From the IMG/VR virus record IMGVR_UViG_3300037048_000222, positions 1 through 33,258 of that record: 33,258 bases of DNA; one strand, written 5' to 3'. Made by a program: the position numbers and the translations under genes. This DNA is from a virus (lineage: Duplodnaviria; Caudoviricetes). Every line of letters begins with the position of its first letter. The stretch's first letter is position 1. Below are positions 8,243-17,901 of the stretch, piece after piece. The notes under the pieces are model-generated. The model did not search any database. It was given only the letters and a program-made list of their open reading frames with translations, and was not told the origin of the DNA.

Positions 8243-11200
8243 CAGGGCGCTCCCATCTCTGCCATCGCCGCGGCAATGGCCCGGATTCGCATCGGATCCA
8301 GGCTCCCGATCTCTTTCATCAGCTCGCCGATGTTGTAAATCGTGTAGTAATTGACCTTCGACATGCCCTCCGCCATGCTGGCCAGGGCATTCAGCATCTG
8401 GAAGGTGGTGTCATACTTCTGCAACTGTTCGTAGACGCCGGAGAGCTTGCCCATGCGTTCGCCTTCCACCAGCAGGCTTTCGTTGTACAGGTCCTGGGCC
8501 TTGGCTACCTCCGCCTGCGCTCCGAGCGAGGCTTTTTGAAGCTGGAGCTGTTCGTACTGGTACTCGCGCGACAGGATCTGCAGCTCGTCCTGCAGTTTTT
8601 TCTGCTGCTCGTACTCTTCCATCTTGCGGGAGAGCTGTTCGCGGTCCATCTTGTAGCCGGTTTCGCGCTGTTTTACGCCCTGGTCGAAGCTTTCCTTGTC
8701 CAGCCGCTGCAGCTCGAGCGTGTAGTCACGCTGCTTCTGGTAGCGCTCGTCTTCCTGCGACCACTGTGTTTCCTGCCGCTCGCGCTGGGTGTCGATCTGC
8801 TGGCCCTCCAGGTTGTGCATGAGCGCCGCCCGGTCCTGCTGCCGGATGGCTTTGCGGCGGTCCCGCCCGGAGGAATAGCGCACCGCTTCATCCATGTCTT
8901 CCATCTGCCAGCCGAACTGCGCTTCACGGGTGGTATCCTGAAACTGCCAGTCTTCCCGCGTCCACCCGCGCTGCTGGAGGCCCTGGGCGTAGCTGGTGTC
9001 CATCGACCACAGGTTGTAGGCGTTGGACACGTTCATGCGCTGCCCCTGGTTTCCCTCCCGCCGGATGGAGAAGCGGTTGGAGAGATCCATGCGCTTGCCC
9101 TGATCGGAGAAGTCTGCCAGCTGCGAGGAATGCTGCAGTTGCCGCATGCGGTTCTCGATGTCCCACGAAGAGCCGGTGGTGGGGGTATCCCATGTTCCGC
9201 CGTCTTGCGCTCCCCAGTAGAACTGTTCGGTCAGGGCGATCCCTGCAAAGGCGATGCCTAAAGATGCATCGCGTGCCTCCCTGGACTTCTGCCGGGCCAG
9301 CTTCTGAACGCCCTGCCGTCCATTGTCCAGGTAAGCCGTGATCATCTGCGACTGCATGGCATTCGGCGTGCCCTCGACCCCCAGCATCCACCCGGCTTTT
9401 GCCTCATCAGTTCCCAGGCCGGGAAATCCATCTAGAGCCGCGCCTGGACCCAGGAATGCCCCCACCACCTGATCAAAGTGCTCGCTGCTGGTGGTGAGGG
9501 GCTCGATATTATCGACGTTCGACCAGAACGAGGCAACGTTCACCGCCCCGCGGCCGCTCGTCTCTGAAATGGGATTGCCGGCCCGATCAAAGAAGCGCCG
9601 CCCAAGATCCTGGCCGGTCTGCCATGACTGAAATGAAGCGGCCCGGCTGTCTCCACCCAAAATAGCGCCCGCCAGCTGCATCTGGCTGGGATCGATGTCC
9701 ATCCGCGCCGCGATTTCGCCAACTGCAATGCTGTCGGCGCCAATCGCCCCTGCAGAGCCTGCCAGGCTGGCGACCATGCCTCTCATGTGCGGTTTGGCGA
9801 GCGATGCGGTTCTGGCGATCGCCGTGTACTCCGGGCTGCTCAGGCGTCCCATGTACTGCTGGGCGGTCGATGTAAGCGACTGCACCAGGGGCATCTGGTC
9901 AGGGCTCAGGTCGTACTTCCTGACCAGGTCAACGCCCATGTTCTCGTACATCTCGTCGGAGGGCATGGTGGCCTGCATCTGGCTGCCCAAAGCGGAGATG
10001 CGCCCGGCGCGATACTCTCCTGTTTCCCGGCCGCGGTTGTCCTGGCCCACATACCAGTTGAAGGCCGTATCGAATGCCGCAGATCCGGTCTTGAAGCCCA
10101 TCGTCTTGGCGTAGTTTTCTGCGCCTTGCGCCAGCGTTTTCGTGCCCAGCCCGCTCTTCCGGGCGATGGCTCCGAAGCTGTCTGTATCGAACTCGTCACC
10201 GAACAGCTGCCGCAGCCTTCTGCCAGCCGCAGATGCTTCTTCCTCTGTCTCATATGCTGAGATTGCGAGGGCAGATATAAACTGCCTGGATTTCTCAACG
10301 TCTCCGTCTGCGCCGCTCTGGCGGTTGGAGACGGCTGTGACGATGGCCTTCTCCTCGCGGTTCATGTGCGCCCAGGCATTTTCGCCTGTGGCAGGGAATA
10401 CGAGCGGCGCCCATGCGCCTGGATTTTGCTCCAGATATTCCTGCTTGGCGCGGAATGTTGAGGAGACATACGCCCCGGTGGCCAGCGCATTCTGGACCAG
10501 GTTGCCGGGCGTAACCACCGGCCGGCCCTGGTATGCGGCCTGGTTGATGCCTTCCATCAGCGCAGCGGAACCAAGCACGCCCCCGGCAAGAACCAGGCCG
10601 GCTGGCCCTGCCGCAGCGGCGGTGGTGGGACTGATCATGTTCATCGAGGCCGCGATCTGGGCACCCATGAAGCCGCCGCCGGCGATGCCGCCCGCCAGGC
10701 CAAGATAATGCCCGGCCCGGCCTACCAGGCCGTTGCCGATGCCGCTGGTCATGTATCCGATATCGGAAAAGCCGCCGTAGATATCGGCGGCAGCTTTGCC
10801 GCCCCGCTCAGCCCCCACGGACCGGCGCGACGCCATTGCGGTGCCGCCCTCGCTGTAGTCGCTGCCAATGGCTGCCATCGTCTCGAACTCATGCCCGAGG
10901 CCGTCCATGTATTTCTCGCTTGCCATGACACCGGGCTGCGCCGACATGGACCACAGGCGCTTGAAGAGGTAGGCGCCATACAACGCTTTGCCCACCTTGC
11001 CGCCCCACATGTTGCCGTTCCGGTTCTCGCCGTCATAGCCGTCGCCGCCGAAGGCAAACGACTTGCCATCCGAGGTGGTCAGGATGGTTTTCTGCTTGTT
11101 GGTGGCCAGCTCTTCCGGCGTCTTGCCCATCTCGGCCATTTTCGTGGCAATCTCGGCGTACTGTGGGTCAGCCGCCATGGCCCTGGCGGTCTCAGGACTA

Positions 11201-14200
11201 CGGACCTGCACCGAGCCAAAGCGGATGCTGTCGGGCATCTCGGCGTCGATCGATGCGCCGCGCGCCACTGCATCCTGCTCAAGCTCGCCGATCACATGCC
11301 GCTTGGCAGCGTAGATGGCCTTCTTGGCAATATCATCCCGGAAGTTGGCAACCGTCTTTGCCAGTTCTGGAGAAATGCCGGACTGTTCAAGCTCCTGGGT
11401 GACCGCTTTCTTCTTGCGGTTCAGCCCGTCGCTGACGCGCTGCTCGAAGGTCGCCACGGCTTCTTCCGGATGGGTTGGCAGCGGCTCGCTCAATGCTTCT
11501 TCAACGGCCTGCTGCCCTGCACCTACCGCCTGGAGAAAATGGCCTGACGGCAAAACCTCTTCACCATTTTTAAAAATAGAGTAGCTGCCGTCCCGGTTCA
11601 TGCGCGCGCTGCCCCTGAGGGCGCTCGAGTATCCGGCGGCCCGCTCGGGGGTGACCTGGGCTTTGGCCTGCCTGGCCAGATCCGCCCGGTTGTAGCGCGG
11701 CTGGCCGCGCCCGCCAGTGCCGGATATGGTGGGATCGTAGTTCTCGTTGACGGGCGCGCCGTTCCAGTAGGGCGTACGGCTCTTTTCCTCCAGCACGCTC
11801 TCCGCCAGCGCCTCAACCGATGGCTCGTCTAGTTCGGGAAATGCCCCGCCGATGATCTCGATGGCCCGCTCGCGTGTGAGGCGCGTGTCCGCTCCCAGAA
11901 AATTCCAGGTATGGGCGATTTCCCGGTTGAAATCGTTCGGGCTTCCCCCCGGCTGGGAGTGAGCCGACCGTAAAGCCGGGTTAGAGCCGGCCAGCATGTA
12001 GAAGGCGTTGAAGCCGCGGTGGCCCTCCTGCCGCAAAGCTTCCGGCATGCCGTTTGTGATGCGCAGCGATCCAAACTGCCTTTGGGAACGGGCGGCACCC
12101 CGGCTGCCAACCGGGACGCCGACGCTGGGTGGCACGCCCCGCTCCACGTCCGCTTTTACCTCATCGCCTTTGGTGAACAGTTGGTATTCGTCATAGGTGG
12201 ATTTATGCAGCACCTTGCCTTCGGGGCTATAGAGCGTGCCGTAGCCGGGGTCCTGGATCTTATCGCCTGTGCTGCGGTACTCGCCCATCGGGTTGGTGGT
12301 CTGGATGGCGTACCAGCCCGGCCCTTCTGCGGCCTGGTCGCTCTCCGTGTAAACCGCATACGTTTCACGTTTGGCGCGCTTGTCCAGATACGACATGCGC
12401 TCCCCTTCGTGGAATTCGGTCGGGCGCTGCTCGAAACGCTCGCGCGGCGTCTGGCTGCGCCGGGGCGTGCTCATAGGCGGCTCGTTGTCGAAAGCCAGCG
12501 GCGGGGCTTCTGGCGGCTGGTTTCCGTTACCGGAACCACCGGAAGCGCGTACCGGATCAAACTGAATGGCCCGCTCCAGCCGGCTGGCCGCGCCACGCCG
12601 GGAGCCGGGGATCAGGTCACTGCCGCTGTTGTCCACGCCGGCAAACTCGTCCATGGAGCGCACATTGCCCGTCCTGGCCTGCCCGCGCGGGCGGTCTTCC
12701 GGATGCGACCTGAACCAGGCGGCCCGGTCCTCTGGAGACAGGCGGCTGATGGCGATGGCGCGCCCCCGGCTCTCAACTTCAGACTGGGGTGGGGGAAGCG
12801 CTTCACCTGGCTGGGGTGTGGTGGGTGCAGGGCGCTTGCCGGAGTACTTGGCCCGCTGGGTGGCTTGAAAGGTGGCGATGGACATGCGCGTTTCAATGTC
12901 GCTCGCCACGGTCCGTGAGTTTTTGCGCGTTTCTTTCTTTTCCAAAAGCTCTCGCCCGACGCGCACCGAGAGGTCGTTGGCGGAAACCAGATCGTCTACC
13001 GAAGCATAAGCGGCCTGCTGCAGGTGGCTCAGCGCCATATCGGAACTGCTTTCGACATCGACCTCGTTGGGGCTCTGCTCCAGCCTGATCTGGTCATTGG
13101 CGCGCCGCTTTGCCAGCACCGGGTCGTTTTTAGGATCGTAGTTCACCGCGTTCACGCTCAATACATGGCTGCGGTCGTACTGGTCGGGATAGGGCGTTTG
13201 CCTGCCGTACAGCGGCAGTTTTTTAACGACCTGCTGGCCCTGCTGGTTCACGCCGTACACAACGCCGGTGCGGTGCGTGCCTGCTGCGCTGCCAACTTTG
13301 CGCTCCCACCAGTTCGGTGACTGGTCTGGGACATGCACACTCGCCCTGGCGCTGCGTGCGAGCACATCTTTGTCAACTGCGTTCACCCCGCCGATATAGC
13401 CATCTGTGCGGGGCTGGTCGCCGGCTGCAAATTCCCACAGTTCGGCGTCGCTGCCCAAAACGGAGTTATCGCTGTCTGAAGGGTTGTACTGCCCAGAGGC
13501 GGGCTGGATGCGGTTCTCGCGTATATCGGCCTGCAGCCGCCGCAGCGGGGTGTCATTTCGGGCGAGAACATTCTGGTGCCTTTGAGACACGCCCTTGTGC
13601 AGGGTAACATGCAAACCCTGGCCGACCGGCTCGTAATCCTGCGGCAGGCTGGATACCCACGCGTCAAATTCACCTGACTGGCTGACTTCATCGCGGTAGT
13701 CGCGCTCGCCCAGCCCGCCTTCTTCGCGTGCCAGGTCGGTGATGGTCTGCTCGCGCAGCGGGCGCGGCATATATGGGCCGGCCTGAATTTTGACCAGCCG
13801 CTGCTGAAAGCGCTCGGAGAAAACGCCGTTCGGATCTGCGCTTGCCCCAACCGGCTCGGCAAACAGCATATTGATCGTCCCGCCGCCCTCTAAGGTATCG
13901 GCGGCGTCCGCCACCGCATTGCCATACCCTTCTTCTATCACATCGTTGAAGCCCAGCGCCACCCAGCCGCTGCGCACCCCCGCTTTATACAGCGGGCTTT
14001 CCGGATTGATTTCCGATATCTGAAGCGATGCGCTGCCAAACTGCCCGTATTTGCCCCAACTGCCACGCAGGCCCAGCTGCTGCATGGCAAAGTCGTTTTG
14101 GGTGTGGGGCTGGTAGATGGGCGGGTTTGAATACGGCGCGCCGGCAATCTCGCTGATATCCGGCTCGCGCCCACCGTTATCGACATCGCTTTCCCAGCTC

Positions 14201-14973
14201 TTGCCCTTGAGACCGGTCTGGATCAGCTCCTGCTGCATGTAGTCGTGCGTGGCGGTGAAGGCCTTGCGGGAAGCCCAATCCTGGTACTGCAGCGTGCGCT
14301 CGACGCCGCTGCTGTCCACGAATTTAGGCCGGTACTCAGGCATGGTCGCCAGGTGGTTGAGGCGCATGTGCTGCAGGACATCGGCCTTGTCCTGCCCGAG
14401 CTTGCCCAGCGCCACCGAGCGTTCGATGAAGCCCGGATCGACGGTTGAGACCAGGAAGTTGGCTGCATCGCGCGCGCTGCGCACCTGGGTCAGCTCGGGA
14501 TACAGCTCGCCGACCTGCTTGCCTTCCACCACCTGGCGGGTGAGGTTATCGAAATTGAGCGGCTGGCCGAGTACCATGCCAACGGCCTGCGGGTATTTCG
14601 TATAGTATTGGTCTTTGGTGAGCAGCGTGCCGTCCGGCTGCTTGCCGGCCCGGATGGCACCCGCGCGCGCCTGGCTGGTGAACAGGTCCGCCAGCACCCC
14701 GCCCACGTAATTTTGCAAAGCGGTCGGGACGCTCCGGCCGAACTGCAGTGCTTCGGCAAAGGAGTACTCTAAAACGCCATACTCCTTATCGAAGTTGGCT
14801 TCTTCGAGCACGCTTTCAGCCCGGTGGGAGGCCTTGAAGTAATCGGAACCCGCCGACTGAAAGCGAAAAGTCTCGTCGCGGAATTTGGGATTGGAGCGGT
14901 GGTCGCGGCCATGCAGGTCCACTTCCTGCTTCCACTGGTCCATGAATTTCTGCAGCCGGGGGTCGCGCGCCAT
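8242..14973 (-). CDS. Tape-measure-like protein with very large N-terminal extension (~2243 aa)
   Basis: Directly follows the frameshifted tail chaperone. GAGGA RBS favours ATG 14973. Gly/Ala-rich hydrophobic helices and a long Q/E/R-rich coiled coil in the C-terminal half. Confidence 0.8.
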   Translation of the reverse strand: MARDPRLQKFMDQWKQEVDLHGRDHRSNPKFRDETFRFQSAGSDYFKASHRAESVLEEANFDKEYGVLEYSFAEALQFGRSVPTALQNYVGGVLADLFTSQARAGAIRAGKQPDGTLLTKDQYYTKYPQAVGMVLGQPLNFDNLTRQVVEGKQVGELYPELTQVRSARDAANFLVSTVDPGFIERSVALGKLGQDKADVLQHMRLNHLATMPEYRPKFVDSSGVERTLQYQDWASRKAFTATHDYMQQELIQTGLKGKSWESDVDNGGREPDISEIAGAPYSNPPIYQPHTQNDFAMQQLGLRGSWGKYGQFGSASLQISEINPESPLYKAGVRSGWVALGFNDVIEEGYGNAVADAADTLEGGGTINMLFAEPVGASADPNGVFSERFQQRLVKIQAGPYMPRPLREQTITDLAREEGGLGERDYRDEVSQSGEFDAWVSSLPQDYEPVGQGLHVTLHKGVSQRHQNVLARNDTPLRRLQADIRENRIQPASGQYNPSDSDNSVLGSDAELWEFAAGDQPRTDGYIGGVNAVDKDVLARSARASVHVPDQSPNWWERKVGSAAGTHRTGVVYGVNQQGQQVVKKLPLYGRQTPYPDQYDRSHVLSVNAVNYDPKNDPVLAKRRANDQIRLEQSPNEVDVESSSDMALSHLQQAAYASVDDLVSANDLSVRVGRELLEKKETRKNSRTVASDIETRMSIATFQATQRAKYSGKRPAPTTPQPGEALPPPQSEVESRGRAIAISRLSPEDRAAWFRSHPEDRPRGQARTGNVRSMDEFAGVDNSGSDLIPGSRRGAASRLERAIQFDPVRASGGSGNGNQPPEAPPLAFDNEPPMSTPRRSQTPRERFEQRPTEFHEGERMSYLDKRAKRETYAVYTESDQAAEGPGWYAIQTTNPMGEYRSTGDKIQDPGYGTLYSPEGKVLHKSTYDEYQLFTKGDEVKADVERGVPPSVGVPVGSRGAARSQRQFGSLRITNGMPEALRQEGHRGFNAFYMLAGSNPALRSAHSQPGGSPNDFNREIAHTWNFLGADTRLTRERAIEIIGGAFPELDEPSVEALAESVLEEKSRTPYWNGAPVNENYDPTISGTGGRGQPRYNRADLARQAKAQVTPERAAGYSSALRGSARMNRDGSYSIFKNGEEVLPSGHFLQAVGAGQQAVEEALSEPLPTHPEEAVATFEQRVSDGLNRKKKAVTQELEQSGISPELAKTVANFRDDIAKKAIYAAKRHVIGELEQDAVARGASIDAEMPDSIRFGSVQVRSPETARAMAADPQYAEIATKMAEMGKTPEELATNKQKTILTTSDGKSFAFGGDGYDGENRNGNMWGGKVGKALYGAYLFKRLWSMSAQPGVMASEKYMDGLGHEFETMAAIGSDYSEGGTAMASRRSVGAERGGKAAADIYGGFSDIGYMTSGIGNGLVGRAGHYLGLAGGIAGGGFMGAQIAASMNMISPTTAAAAGPAGLVLAGGVLGSAALMEGINQAAYQGRPVVTPGNLVQNALATGAYVSSTFRAKQEYLEQNPGAWAPLVFPATGENAWAHMNREEKAIVTAVSNRQSGADGDVEKSRQFISALAISAYETEEEASAAGRRLRQLFGDEFDTDSFGAIARKSGLGTKTLAQGAENYAKTMGFKTGSAAFDTAFNWYVGQDNRGRETGEYRAGRISALGSQMQATMPSDEMYENMGVDLVRKYDLSPDQMPLVQSLTSTAQQYMGRLSSPEYTAIARTASLAKPHMRGMVASLAGSAGAIGADSIAVGEIAARMDIDPSQMQLAGAILGGDSRAASFQSWQTGQDLGRRFFDRAGNPISETSGRGAVNVASFWSNVDNIEPLTTSSEHFDQVVGAFLGPGAALDGFPGLGTDEAKAGWMLGVEGTPNAMQSQMITAYLDNGRQGVQKLARQKSREARDASLGIAFAGIALTEQFYWGAQDGGTWDTPTTGSSWDIENRMRQLQHSSQLADFSDQGKRMDLSNRFSIRREGNQGQRMNVSNAYNLWSMDTSYAQGLQQRGWTREDWQFQDTTREAQFGWQMEDMDEAVRYSSGRDRRKAIRQQDRAALMHNLEGQQIDTQRERQETQWSQEDERYQKQRDYTLELQRLDKESFDQGVKQRETGYKMDREQLSRKMEEYEQQKKLQDELQILSREYQYEQLQLQKASLGAQAEVAKAQDLYNESLLVEGERMGKLSGVYEQLQKYDTTFQMLNALASMAEGMSKVNYYTIYNIGELMKEIGSLDPMRIRAIAAAMAEMGAP

Positions 14974-15026
14974 GGGTCCTCGCTTTTGTCTAAGGCGGAT
15001 GGGGCCGGAGGCGAACCCCACCCACC

Positions 15027-15260
15027 TTATTTGGTTGCTGCCGCCTCGCTGCGTTCCCGCAAGCCCTCGATCACCCAGTTCTTGAAGAACTTCCGGTAAA
15101 AGGCCGGCTCTTCCAGCAGCGTCGCGAAAAGGGGCCGGCCGTCGTTGAGTGAGGCGATGGTGATCTCAAGCAAGCCCTGCAGGATCGGATCGTCGCTTTC
15201 GCCGGTCAGCACGGCGTCTTTGACGATATCCGCTAGCTGGTCGAGGTCTTCACTTTTGGG
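15027..15260 (-). CDS. Tail assembly chaperone C-terminal extension (gpT-like), reached by -1 frameshift
   Basis: ORF lies in the -1 frame relative to 15233-15667 and is entered at C-CCA-AAA, continuing PKSEDLDQLADIVK... Confidence 0.8.
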   Translation of the reverse strand, partial: PKSEDLDQLADIVKDAVLTGESDDPILQGLLEITIASLNDGRPLFATLLEEPAFYRKFFKNWVIEGLRERSEAAATK

Positions 15261-15667
15261 CGGACCGGCCCCCAGGTGGGGATCGCATCCCCAACGGCGT
15301 CCCACAGCTCTTTGATCATTTCATGGGTCATGCAGCTCAACACGGCCTCGATCTCGGTCGTGCTGGCCCCAGCCTTGATAATGGGTTCACCGCCGTCTTC
15401 CACCGGGCTCTCGTCATCCACGGGAATATTGGTCCCGCCGAAGGTCAGGGCGATCTCGCGAAACGCCACTTCGGTGGATGTGGGCGGGTATTCACGCTGC
15501 ACGCCGTCTGCGCCGACCTGCACGCGCCCGTTCACCATGAAGCGCTGCATCTCCAGCTCATTGCCCGAGGTGGGCGGAGCGATCTTCCACCACCAGCCTT
15601 CTTCCTGTTTAAAGTGATACGTAACCGGCACGATCACGGCATATTTGCCGAATGTCTTACGAGCCAT
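15233..15667 (-). CDS. Tail assembly chaperone (gpG-like)
   Basis: 144 aa between major tail and tape measure genes, GGAGG RBS, slippery site near the 3' end. Confidence 0.8.
   Translation of the reverse strand: MARKTFGKYAVIVPVTYHFKQEEGWWWKIAPPTSGNELEMQRFMVNGRVQVGADGVQREYPPTSTEVAFREIALTFGGTNIPVDDESPVEDGGEPIIKAGASTTEIEAVLSCMTHEMIKELWDAVGDAIPTWGPVRPKVKTSTS
15254..15260 (-). other. Programmed -1 ribosomal frameshift slippery site CCCAAAA
   Basis: X-XXY-YYZ heptamer correctly phased (CGC CCA AAA GTG) just before the chaperone stop, in the canonical lambda G/GT position. Confidence 0.85.
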
Positions 15668-15686
15668 GCTGCGCCTCCGAATTGCC

Positions 15687-16709
15687 TTAGTAGCTTGCTT
15701 CTGTATTGGTAAGGGTGGCGGTGATGGGTGCGGTTTCCGATGCCAGAAACACCCCGTTCACGGCCATGACAATTTGACCGCCGGCGCGCGACCCGACCGG
15801 GGATGCGCTCCACACGATGTTGGCTCCCGAGCCTGTCTCGCCGTTGGCCTGGATCGAGAGCTTGTAGGGCACTCCCGTATCGGCTTCGATATCGGAGACA
15901 AATTCCAGCTTGATGTTGGCCTCTCGAAACAGCGAAGCGGTCCAGGCATTGCCCGCCGCCGGGTCGTACATCATCTTTTTATAGAGCGTGGCATCGGCGA
16001 TCTTGACCAGCAGCTGCAGGGCAAAGGCGCGCTGCACGATATCCATGGCGTGCGGGCTGTACGAGCCGATCACCCACTGCTCTTCCAGCGGGATGGCCAT
16101 GCCGGCTGAGAAGCTGCCCGACAGCACCGCCGTGGCGCTGCCGGAGGGCAGCTCGATGGTGGAAACGGGCGAGATGAACTGCGGCCCGCCGTCCACCTGG
16201 GCCGCCGCATTCCAGGATGTGGTCACGACCGGCGTAGGCAGCCCGCCGATAAAGCCCACCGACGAGCGCACGAAGTTCGCGCCGCGGAATTCCAGCGACA
16301 GGGCATTCACGCGCACGTCCTGCAGCTGCTCGCCCCACATATTGCCTGGCGCGGAGCGCACCGTGAAGTAGGGGGCGGCGAACTGGTCCGTGCCCAGCTT
16401 GAAGGCGTGGTCGTAGGCTAATCCGTTGGGGATGGTGGTCACGTCGCCGAAAGCGCCCAGCAGGAAAAGCCCGAGCGAATTGGGGCGCGGCACCATTTCC
16501 ACCCCGCCGCCGGAAGTGACGCCCATCTTCTTCATATCCCTGAGCATGGCCCCGCCGCCGACCTCGGGTTCGAGTGGCAGGACAACGTTATTGGGAGCGA
16601 CGCCGCCGTTGGCAAACAGGATGTACTTAAAGGCCGCATCCGAGACCATGGGGATCCCTTTTACTGCTTGTTTGGCGAAACCGAGCAGTGAGGCATTTGC
16701 AGAGGTCAT
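15687..16709 (-). CDS. Major tail tube protein
   Basis: 340 aa, beta-rich, with N-terminal LLGFAKQ...G, central LGLFLLGAFG...YDHAF and C-terminal ITATLTNTEASY patterns typical of tail tube proteins; synteny agrees. Confidence 0.8.
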   Translation of the reverse strand: MTSANASLLGFAKQAVKGIPMVSDAAFKYILFANGGVAPNNVVLPLEPEVGGGAMLRDMKKMGVTSGGGVEMVPRPNSLGLFLLGAFGDVTTIPNGLAYDHAFKLGTDQFAAPYFTVRSAPGNMWGEQLQDVRVNALSLEFRGANFVRSSVGFIGGLPTPVVTTSWNAAAQVDGGPQFISPVSTIELPSGSATAVLSGSFSAGMAIPLEEQWVIGSYSPHAMDIVQRAFALQLLVKIADATLYKKMMYDPAAGNAWTASLFREANIKLEFVSDIEADTGVPYKLSIQANGETGSGANIVWSASPVGSRAGGQIVMAVNGVFLASETAPITATLTNTEASY

Positions 16710-17260
16710 TGTGAACCTACTCTTTCAGTCGTAAGGACTTCAAAACGGATTTTGATGTGAAAGTCGTATGCGCCCGGCCCACCCGCCTGGGCGACAACGC
16801 CCCGCAGGTTCTCGGATAGGACGCCGCGCGAGACATACTCATCCTCGGTGCGGATATCGGCGAAGCGGGCAGCCAGCAGCGCCCTTTCGATCCTGGAACG
16901 CACCACGGAGGCGATTGTATGCGCATCTGAAAGCTCTTCCTGCGTGCCCTCCAGCAGGCAGCGGCATTTGGCGGTAAAGCGCCGCTTCCAGGTGATGGTC
17001 GTGCCGATCTCGATTTCATCGACCCGGTCCTCCCACGGTTCGGGATCGTTTCCGATACCGGAACCTTTGATGGCACGGTCGGGGTCGTTGTAGTAGAGCT
17101 CGACCGAGATGCGCGCCGTATCCGGATCCGGGTCGCCCTGCAAGGGGCCGATCTTCACCACACCGGCGCGCGCTGGATCTTCCGCATCGATGCTCGTGAT
17201 CAATACCTCTTCCAGCGTTTCGGCGATGCGGTCTAAGATGGGCTTGTGGATTCCGCTCAC
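16706..17260 (-). CDS. Putative tail terminator/completion protein
   Basis: 184 aa, acidic, immediately before the major tail gene with overlapping start and stop; call rests on synteny. Confidence 0.6.
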   Translation of the reverse strand: MSGIHKPILDRIAETLEEVLITSIDAEDPARAGVVKIGPLQGDPDPDTARISVELYYNDPDRAIKGSGIGNDPEPWEDRVDEIEIGTTITWKRRFTAKCRCLLEGTQEELSDAHTIASVVRSRIERALLAARFADIRTEDEYVSRGVLSENLRGVVAQAGGPGAYDFHIKIRFEVLTTERVGSQ

Positions 17261-17898
17261 CGGCGTGCTCCCATGCGGTACAGCACGATCATGCCGCCGT
17301 GGATGCGCTCTGCAATGCCGCGCTCGTAGTCGCGCATCAGGTCGGCCACTTCCGGCTCGAGCGGGTTGTCATCCCGCCCGCCGGTGGGCTTGAAGCGGTC
17401 CAGGGCGGACTGCTTGGAGCGCATCTGGCTGTAGGCTTTGGCCTTTACGTATAAACGGATCAGCTCCAGATCGGTGTCCGGAACGGTGAGCGTACATTCG
17501 GCATCCGCAGTGGGCGGAACGGCATGGGCAGAGAAATAGGTCAGAAGCACCGGCTGCTCAGTGGCTGCGTTGAGATACAGCCGCCCGCCCATGCAGTAGT
17601 AGGTGACCACTTTGGGCCGCTTGGGCTTGCGTGTGCCTGGGCGGACCTCTTTCCGTTCCAGATAGGTGTCTGCGGGACATTCGACGTAAATATCCTGGAT
17701 AAAGTCGATTGGCAGCATGTACCCATCGCCATCGGGGACCAGCTGCGTGCGGTCGACACGCTTGGGGAACCACATCGAATAATCCCGCAGGCCGTCCTTT
17801 GCATACAGGTGCAGCAGGTCATCCGACCAGCGCTTCGTGGCAGCGGTGTCCTGCAGGTCGTATCTGATATCGGAAAGAAGCTCCGCCCAGGTGCTCAT
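17257..17898 (-). CDS. Head-tail adaptor/neck protein
   Basis: Follows the capsid gene. N-terminus MSTWAELLSDIRYDLQD...RWSDDLL has the helical pattern of head-completion adaptors. Confidence 0.65.
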   Translation of the reverse strand: MSTWAELLSDIRYDLQDTAATKRWSDDLLHLYAKDGLRDYSMWFPKRVDRTQLVPDGDGYMLPIDFIQDIYVECPADTYLERKEVRPGTRKPKRPKVVTYYCMGGRLYLNAATEQPVLLTYFSAHAVPPTADAECTLTVPDTDLELIRLYVKAKAYSQMRSKQSALDRFKPTGGRDDNPLEPEVADLMRDYERGIAERIHGGMIVLYRMGARR

Positions 17899-17901
17899 GG
17901 C

